64,000 nt of DNA from Octopus vulgaris. Its lineage: Eukaryota. The stretch lies in NCBI GenBank assembly GCA_951406725.2, contig OX597830.1, forward strand, positions 55,490,001 through 55,554,000, read 5' to 3'. Shown piece after piece: positions 56,700 through 64,000 of this stretch. The translations under genes and the position numbers were made by a program. Position 1 is the first letter of the stretch, and every line of letters begins with the position of its first letter. The notes under the pieces were generated by a model. The model was given only the letters and a program-made list of their open reading frames with translations, did not search any database and had not been told where the DNA came from.

Positions 56700-56890
56700 A
56701 AATTTATAGAAAAACAAAAGACGAAGATAGTCGTAGGAGCAAGCAAGTGTATTAGTTTGACGCTCGGGAAAAATAGAAAAGTCTTTTACGTCCCGAGCCT
56801 ACGCTCTTTGACAGAAAGGAATAAAAGGAAATTAACAGATAGAAAATGAAAAAGAAACGTATAGAGTTCAGCGGTTCAACATGGTGGTGA
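56700..56890 (-). mobile_element. Diverged copy of the variant-hammerhead pLTR-like element
   Basis: Motif at 56782-56819, with GAAA changed to GGGA. Confidence 0.65.
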
Positions 56891-57910
56891 TTGAAAAAAA
56901 AGCGTTGAGATAAAGGGAGATAATAATAAAGAGAGGTTGAATGAAAGGGAGATAATAATGGTGGTTATATGGTGATGAGCCCAACAAACTAAGGTGCGCA
57001 AGCGTATGTGTGTGTATGAGAATGGTATGTGTAAGTGCCTTTATGTGAATGGGGGCGAGTTTGACGTGTGTGTGTTGTGTGTTATGTGTAGCAGTTGATG
57101 TGTGCTTTTTCGCGTGGTTTGTGTACATGTCTCTGGGTGTGCATTTGTGCCTCTGGAATCGAGTGGTGTGTGAACATGTCTATGGGTGTGTACATGTTCT
57201 CTGGGACCGAATAGTGTACATGTGTATAATGTATGTATGTGGGTGAAAGTTATCTTTGTCTATGTGTGTTGTGTGTGTATATATTTTCTGTGTTCAGGTA
57301 TTATGCACTTGTGTGGGTGTACATACATATATATGTAGAAATATATATGTGTGTATGTGTGTGTGTATGTGTGTGTGTATGTGTGTGTGTATGTATAGAT
57401 ATATTCATACATATATAGATAGATATACACGCATACGCACACAAAATATATACATGTATGTACGAGTGAGTGTGTTGATGTATGTATGGTTAGGTATATG
57501 TTTATGTGTATGTGTGTGTGTTTGTGTGCGTACGTGTGCGTGTGTATTGGTGGTACAACCCTTACGCGAAACACAGTTAAGCGAAAGAAGGTACTCAATG
57601 GTATCAGGCAAAGTGGAATAATATTTGTCCAAAGTTTCACATGTATGAATTGCCTGATGATCAGCAGCGACAATCTGAGTAGCGAGTACTCAAAGATCAG
57701 ACTATCGCCACATGAACACGTGAGCGCATACTGTCACGCACCCAAACCCCACCACACTCACACACACACACACACATACACATACTCACACACACACACA
57801 CACATACACATACTCACACATACACACGCATAAACACGTGTATATATATACGCAACACATATACTTACACAGATTCATACATGTGTAGGTGTGTATATGT
57901 GTGTGTATAT

Positions 57911-58010
<100 letters not shown>

Positions 58011-58141
58011 GTATATGTATGTATACATACACACACATCGATAGATATAGAAATACGTTCATACATTCTTTGCTGCGATATCAAGGTAACCTAATATCTC
58101 AAGAGGAGATAGATTCCACCCTAATCTTTCAATGAACTTAC

Positions 58142-58263
58142 AATATACCCCAGCACTTTGCCTTTAACCGTTTCTCGATTTTCAAGTACTGGGCTCCATG
58201 TGACATTGATTGCCGATTCATTATATCCAGACCCTCCAATTTCTTCAGGGACTGCTACAGGTA
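58142..58263 (-). CDS. CNTN: Contactin-like gene, internal exon (FN3, first half)
   Basis: Acceptor tttctcttgcatttcag|TA, donor ATT|gtaagt. The phase-1 join gives LPVAVPEEIGGSGYNESAINVTWSPVLENRETVKGKVLGYI. 122 nt. Absent from the ORF track. Confidence 0.93.
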
Positions 58264-58502
58264 CTGAAATGCAAGAGAAAGGCGAGGTGAATATTGGTAA
58301 TTGTTTGAGATATAAAACACGTTAACTTATTTACACATTTTCATACTGTGCTTTCGACATTTGCCGTTGCGTGTAGGTGTATACGAGTGTGTGTGTGTGT
58401 GTGGTGTGTGTGTGAGTGTGTGTGTGTGCACGTGAGTGTGTGTGAATATGTTTCTATGCATGCATAAGTGTATGTATTTATCTACATACGTAAATATATA
58501 TC

Positions 58503-58612
<110 letters not shown>

Positions 58613-58810
58613 ATATACTTTTACATGAAGAAGGTGACAGTGACTTCAAAGCCAAGGGCTAGCAGACCGAATCTTCAAACTCTTTGTGACATCTCTTCTT
58701 GTAAGATTGTAATAAAAATCTGCTCTAAAGAAGACATCGGGTAAATATTTTGTTTAATGTTAAATCGATTTTATTATAACTCGACATAAAAACAAACACT
58801 AATTATATAT

Positions 58811-58849
<39 letters not shown>

Positions 58850-59383
58850 TGTGTCTGTAAATATACATGGACACACACATACACATGCACACACATACAT
58901 AATACATATGTGTGCGTGTGTGTGAGTGTGTAGAAAACTGTGCCCTCAATACGCTGCTATATGTTTCAGGGAACCATGAATCCTCCCACACAGGGGACAG
59001 AGCTTCCGCCAATTACTCTTTCGAGGACATAAGGAAACCTTTTTGTGTTTTAAACAGACGTCCGACAGAGGGTCATTTTGCTTCTTGGCGGATCTCTTTT
59101 ATTTTGTGAGAAATTGGATCTTGTCAAATGCCTCCTTTAGACTCGCAACACTTGCAAAAGATGAGTTACTGTCGTTAGTAATGCTCTCATTGTTATTGAT
59201 ATTGCTTTTGTTAAGTTTATCTTTTCCTTTTTGCTTATTTTCATAGTGTTAGTGTAAATGTTTGTGTTCAAATTTTACGATGATACATTTAATCTGTTTA
59301 GTAGAGGCTGTGGCAGTAATGACGATAGTAGTAGTGGTGGTGGTGGTGGTGGTGGTGGTGGTGGTGGTGGTGGTGGTGGTGTG

Positions 59384-59439
<56 letters not shown>

Positions 59440-59446
59440 TGTAGTT

Positions 59447-59486
<40 letters not shown>

Positions 59487-59743
59487 AAGAAGAAGAAGAA
59501 GAAGAAGAAGAAGAAGAAGACGAAGAAAACGAAGAAGAAGAAGAAGAAGAAGAAGAAGAAGGAGGAGGAGGAGGAGAAGAAGAAGAAGAAGAAGAAGAAG
59601 AAGAAGAAGAAGAAGAAGAAGAAGAAGAAGAAGAAGAAGAAGAAGAAGAAGAAGAAGAATACAAGTTCAGAAAGAAACGTAAAAAACACAATTGCAAAAG
59701 AACAAAAAGGGGAATTATAAGCAAAGATATGGGAGAAAGAGTA

Positions 59744-59774
<31 letters not shown>

Positions 59775-60207
59775 CGTGTGTGAGCGCGTGTGTGAGAGAG
59801 AGAGAGAGCCTGAGGGAAGAGAGAGATTATCGCAGGAGATCATGGTTATTGTGGTTATATAATAGCTGCTATGCCCTAACTTCAGTGAAATTGTGTTTAT
59901 TCAGCACAAAGTAAGGTACACGTAACACCTTTACAGTAGCTACATACATTACCCGAAGCTATTCGGTGAAATATTTATTCAATACACAGTCATATACACC
60001 CATCTCTCATAAAATCGTTGTAAAGGTTGAGTAAAACAATATTCTTTCAACATGCTGTGAGGTGCACCGAAATGAAGGCTCCTGACTTAGTGGTTCTAGT
60101 ATTCGGCTCACGATCGCAATGTCGTGAGATCGATTCTCGGTGGCGGATTGTCTCCTTGAGCAAGACACTATTTCAGTCCACTCAGCTGGCAAGAGTGAGT
60201 AGTACTT

Positions 60208-60625
60208 ATTTCTTTATTACTCACTTGGGGCTAAACACAGAAGGAACAAACAAGGACAGACAAACAGATTAAGTCGATTATATCGACCCCAGTGTGTAAC
60301 TGGTACTTATTTAATCGACCCCGAAAGGATAGAAGGCAAAGTCGACCTCGGCGGAATTTGAACTCAGAACTTAACGGCAGACGAAATACCTATTTCTTTA
60401 TTACCCACAAGGGGCTAAACACAGAGGGGACAAACAAGGACAGACATAGGTATTAAATCGATTACATCGACCCCAGGGCGTAACTGGTACTTAATTTATC
60501 GACCCCGAAAGGATGAAAGGCAAAGTCGACCTCGGCGGAATTTGAACTCACAACGTAACGCAGACGAAATACCGCTCAGCATTTCGCCCGGCATGCTAAC
60601 GTTTCTGCCAGCTCGCCGCCTTAAA
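60208..60625 (-). mobile_element. Head-to-tail dimer of SINE family A with 14-bp TSD, nested in another SINE
   Basis: 184-bp period (60205, 60389). TSD agtgagtagtactt at 60194-60207 and 60626-60639. The host SINE at about 60070-60830 is similar to 56030-56310. Confidence 0.92.
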
Positions 60626-60897
60626 AGTGAGTAGTACTTGTATTTCAAAGAGCCAGCCTTGACATTCTGTGTCATGCAAAATCTCCTTGACTACGAGTGC
60701 TCTTAGCTACTTTAAGGATACGCGTGTTTGTGTAGTGTTCAGCCACTTGCATGTTAATTTCACGAGTAAGCTGTTCCATTGAGGGGATCAATTGGGTTCC
60801 TCGTCGTCGTAATCGACGGAATTCCAGAGGTAGACCGATCACTAATAGTTGTATGCACACTATCAAGTTCCGGTAATGTATATGCAACACGCAATTA

Positions 60898-61418
60898 CCG
60901 TAAATCCTCGAGTATAGTCCGCCCCTGAGTATAATACGCAGGGGAATTTTAGGGGGCTGTACCTCTGAAAAACCTAAACCTTGTGTATAATACGCACTCC
61001 TTCTCTAACTTGAGTCGTGCGTAATTAAGCCAGCAGCAGCTAGTCGAACAAACACTTCCACGCATGCGTAATAAAATAATGGTGATGTTCTCAACTGTTA
61101 TATGGGAATGTAAATATGTTTGCAAATTGTTTTTGTTACATGTTATTCTGTGTTCTGAATACTTTTATTTTAATAAATGTTGCTTACTGCAAGTTATGGA
61201 TGATTCTTTTATGACTTCATTGCTTTCAGGCTTAGCTTAAGGTATTTTCGCACCCGACATCACAAAATATGTCTGATTAAACATTGCCGGACAACAAATA
61301 GAGACTCGGACATTGCTTAGAAAATATTTTTCATTTTTAACCTCGTATATAGTACGCATTAGGGATTTTGACCTTTAAATTTGGGGGGGGGACGCGGATT
61401 ATACTCGAGGATTTACAG
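60898..61418. mobile_element. pogo/Tigger-like MITE
   Basis: TA-ccgtaaatcctcgagtatagtccgc ... gcggattatactcgaggatttacag-TA. Confidence 0.88.
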
Positions 61419-62248
61419 TAATATTCACTCATTACCGTTATAATTGTTGCATATATGCCTTCAAGTTCTTGTGTCGTAATGCTTACTCAGCATTTACTAA
61501 TGTGTATGCAATACCCTTACAATAGCTATATATAAATCCTCAGCGGTTGCAGGCGCGGCTGTGCTTAGAAGCTTGCTTCCTAATCACATGGTTCCGAGTT
61601 CAGTCCCACTGCGTGGCATTTTAAGAAAGCGTCTTCTGCTATAGCATCGGGCTGACCAAAGCCTTGTCAGCTGATTTGGTAGACAGATACTAAAAGAAAC
61701 CCGTCGTATATGTATGTATGTGTTATGTGTGTGTGCGTATCTGTGTCTTTGTGTCTGTGTTTGTCCTCTACGACCGCATGACAACCAGTGTTAGTTTCTT
61801 TAGGTCCCCTTAAACAGAAGAGACCGTTAGTATAAATACTAGACTTTAAAAATTAGTCCCGAGGTCGAATTGTTCGACTGAAGCAATAAAAGATAAAAGA
61901 TTCAGTGAAATTATATTTATTCAGTATACAATAAGTTACACGTATTACCGCTATATTATTTCACCGTATCTTGAAGATGTGTATGCCATATAAATATCTT
62001 CACATTACAGTAAAATAATTCTTATTCGACACGCAGTAGGGACACCCATCACTCTTTCAATAACATTATGCACACTCATTATGTAGAAAGTTTGAAGAGT
62101 CTATGACCATCTCTGGAACATAAGTGATGTATGTTCCCAGAGTGAACGAAATCGGATGAAAAATATTGATTTGAAGAGAGAACAAGAAAAAGGCTTTCAC
62201 ACATACACGCACACGCACACACACATACCTTCCGTTTTAGTATATATA

Positions 62249-62287
<39 letters not shown>

Positions 62288-62335
62288 TAAATATAAGCAT
62301 TCATGCATGCTTACACAAATACCGCATATGTGTAT

Positions 62336-62373
<38 letters not shown>

Positions 62374-62523
62374 TCATGCACACACATGCATATATGCATG
62401 CATAAGCATGCCACTTCTATGTATGCGGGAATTCACGCATCCACCCATAGAAACCAGCGCGCATGCGTACACATACAAACAGGCTCGGCTAAGACGATGT
62501 CTCTTTCAACTGGCAATACTCAC

Positions 62524-62671
62524 AATCTTCTGCCGAATAAATGGTCACAATCGAAGAGTTTGGCCCTGGTCCGATATTATTGAATGCCTGAACTTGAACT
62601 TCGTATTTAGTGTAAAATTTACTGCGGCCGACATAGGCGGAAAATTCATTCATATTGCCTTCGATTTTTGT
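62524..62671 (-). CDS. CNTN: Contactin-like gene, internal exon (end of an FN3 domain)
   Basis: Acceptor ttttcag|ACA, donor T|gtgagt. Encodes TKIEGNMNEFSAYVGRSKFYTKYEVQVQAFNNIGPGPNSSIVTIYSAED, matching the FN3 'Y.V.V.A.N..G.GP.S....YSAED' motif of contactins. 148 nt, ends in phase 1. Upstream exons appear to lie beyond the window. Confidence 0.93.
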
Positions 62672-63299
62672 CTGAAAAACAAAAAACAATAACAGTAAAA
62701 TTTTCCATAGCATGAAAACTGGATGTTAATGGAAGGAATTTAGTCGATTAAATTAATCTAGTACTTGACTGGTATTTGATTGTATTGCTCTGAAAGGATG
62801 AAACAGGAAAACTACCTCAGAAGATTTTGAACTCAGGATATTAACTTGAAAACTTGTAATATGCTTGGTAGTGTATTACGGTTTCAAAACGAAATACTGT
62901 CTTTGTCAGCGATGAATATGTACGTACCAGTTACCAGGAATGCGTTTAATATGTAAATTAGTTTATCCAACCTAGTGGGTATTTAAGTATTATATTCGTG
63001 GATAGTTGATGGTTTGGATGTGGTGCTAATGAAAGAGCAATAACTCTTGAAAGATGAACCCACTATCTTTGATCGCACTGTTTACATAGACGTATTTGTA
63101 TAAGAAATGTCGTAACATTCAGCGCTGACTCTGAATTCTATAGAAAATCCACAGAGATAGGCTTAAAAGTGAGAATATTGCACTTATAATACAAAGTAAG
63201 ACATAATAATGACTTGTAAGCCTGTAATACAGGCGGTAATATATTAGGGTTGTAAAACGAAATGCTGTTGTAAAACGAAATGCTGTTATATATACATAT

Positions 63300-64000
63300 A
63301 ACTGGATATTTTATATAGAAAGACAGAAAATTTACATATGAAAGGAGAGAGATTTTACACACGGATGGATAGAAATTTTAGATATGAATAGATAGAAATT
63401 TTATTTGTGGATGGTAAGAAATTTCAATATGGATATATAGAAATGTTATTTGTCGAAGGATAGTAATTTTATATATGGCTGTACAGAAGTTATATATGGA
63501 TAAATTTTATATATGGATGGATAAAAGATATATGTATGGATGGATAGAAGGTTTATACATAGTTGGAAATAATTTTATATAAAGATGGAAAGAAATTTTA
63601 TATAAAATATATAAGGAAATAATATATATGGCGGAATAGAAAATTTAATACGTGGATGGATAAGTATATCATTTAAGGATAGCTGGAAATTTCAGATATA
63701 GATAGGTAGAAATTTTATATATGGAAGTATAGAGAGTTTACAACCGGATGTCCAGAAATTTTGATTATATCTTTTAGAAATATATATGGATGAATAGATA
63801 ATCTATACATAGATGGAAAAAATATATATGAATAAATAGAGATATCTCTATATGATAGATAGAAATTTATGGATATGGATAGACAGAAATTTTACATATG
63901 TGGATGGGTAAAAATATCAACAATAAATGGATAGAAATTTTAGACATGGATGGAAATTTTTATGTATGGATAGGTGGAATTTTTTGTGGAATTCTGATTT
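63300..64000 (+). repeat. Degenerate ~23-bp minisatellite (ggatagatagaaattttatatat-like)
   Basis: Dozens of imperfect copies of atggat..atagaaatttta, running to the window end. Confidence 0.8.

Noticed and set aside
57648-57700. CUGAUGA followed by a short stem (also CUGAUGA at about 34669 and CUGAGGA on the minus strand at about 25940)
   Set aside because: No correctly placed GAAA, stem III or UH, so these are not hammerheads.
59249-59914. 218-aa poly-G/V/E ORF and its antisense ORFs
   Set aside because: Compound trinucleotide microsatellite inside a contactin intron, with no domain content or splice support.

Overview
AT-rich, extremely microsatellite-dense eukaryotic DNA. The SINE families, Penelope remnants and (TA)n/(TATG)n/(CA)n load suggest a coleoid cephalopod, probably Octopus (inference). 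The only host gene I can support is the 3' end of a contactin-like cell-adhesion gene on the minus strand. It has six exons with canonical GT-AG sites and matching phases (62524-62671, 58142-58263, 54560-54749, 53407-53522, 50336-50513, 17565-17680), encoding the last FN3 domains and a GPI-anchor-like tail. The last intron is about 32.6 kb. Most of the rest is repeats: Penelope-like (RT/GIY-YIG) relics, R4/Dong-type non-LTR relics, a Chapaev3-like transposase relic, a Helitron, a deleted mariner, MITEs and tRNA-SINE families. Nearly all supplied ORFs are microsatellite artefacts. The main observations worth a second look are: (i) several distinct families of short elements carrying minimal type-I hammerhead ribozyme motifs, including an A6U core variant, a fold-back double hammerhead, and a tRNA-headed element with a hammerhead tail; (ii) SINE dimers/trimers inserted as single TSD-flanked units with one fixed AG|GT junction; (iii) TIR elements carrying internal (TTAGGG)n; (iv) candidate alternative terminal or poison exons in the last contactin intron.
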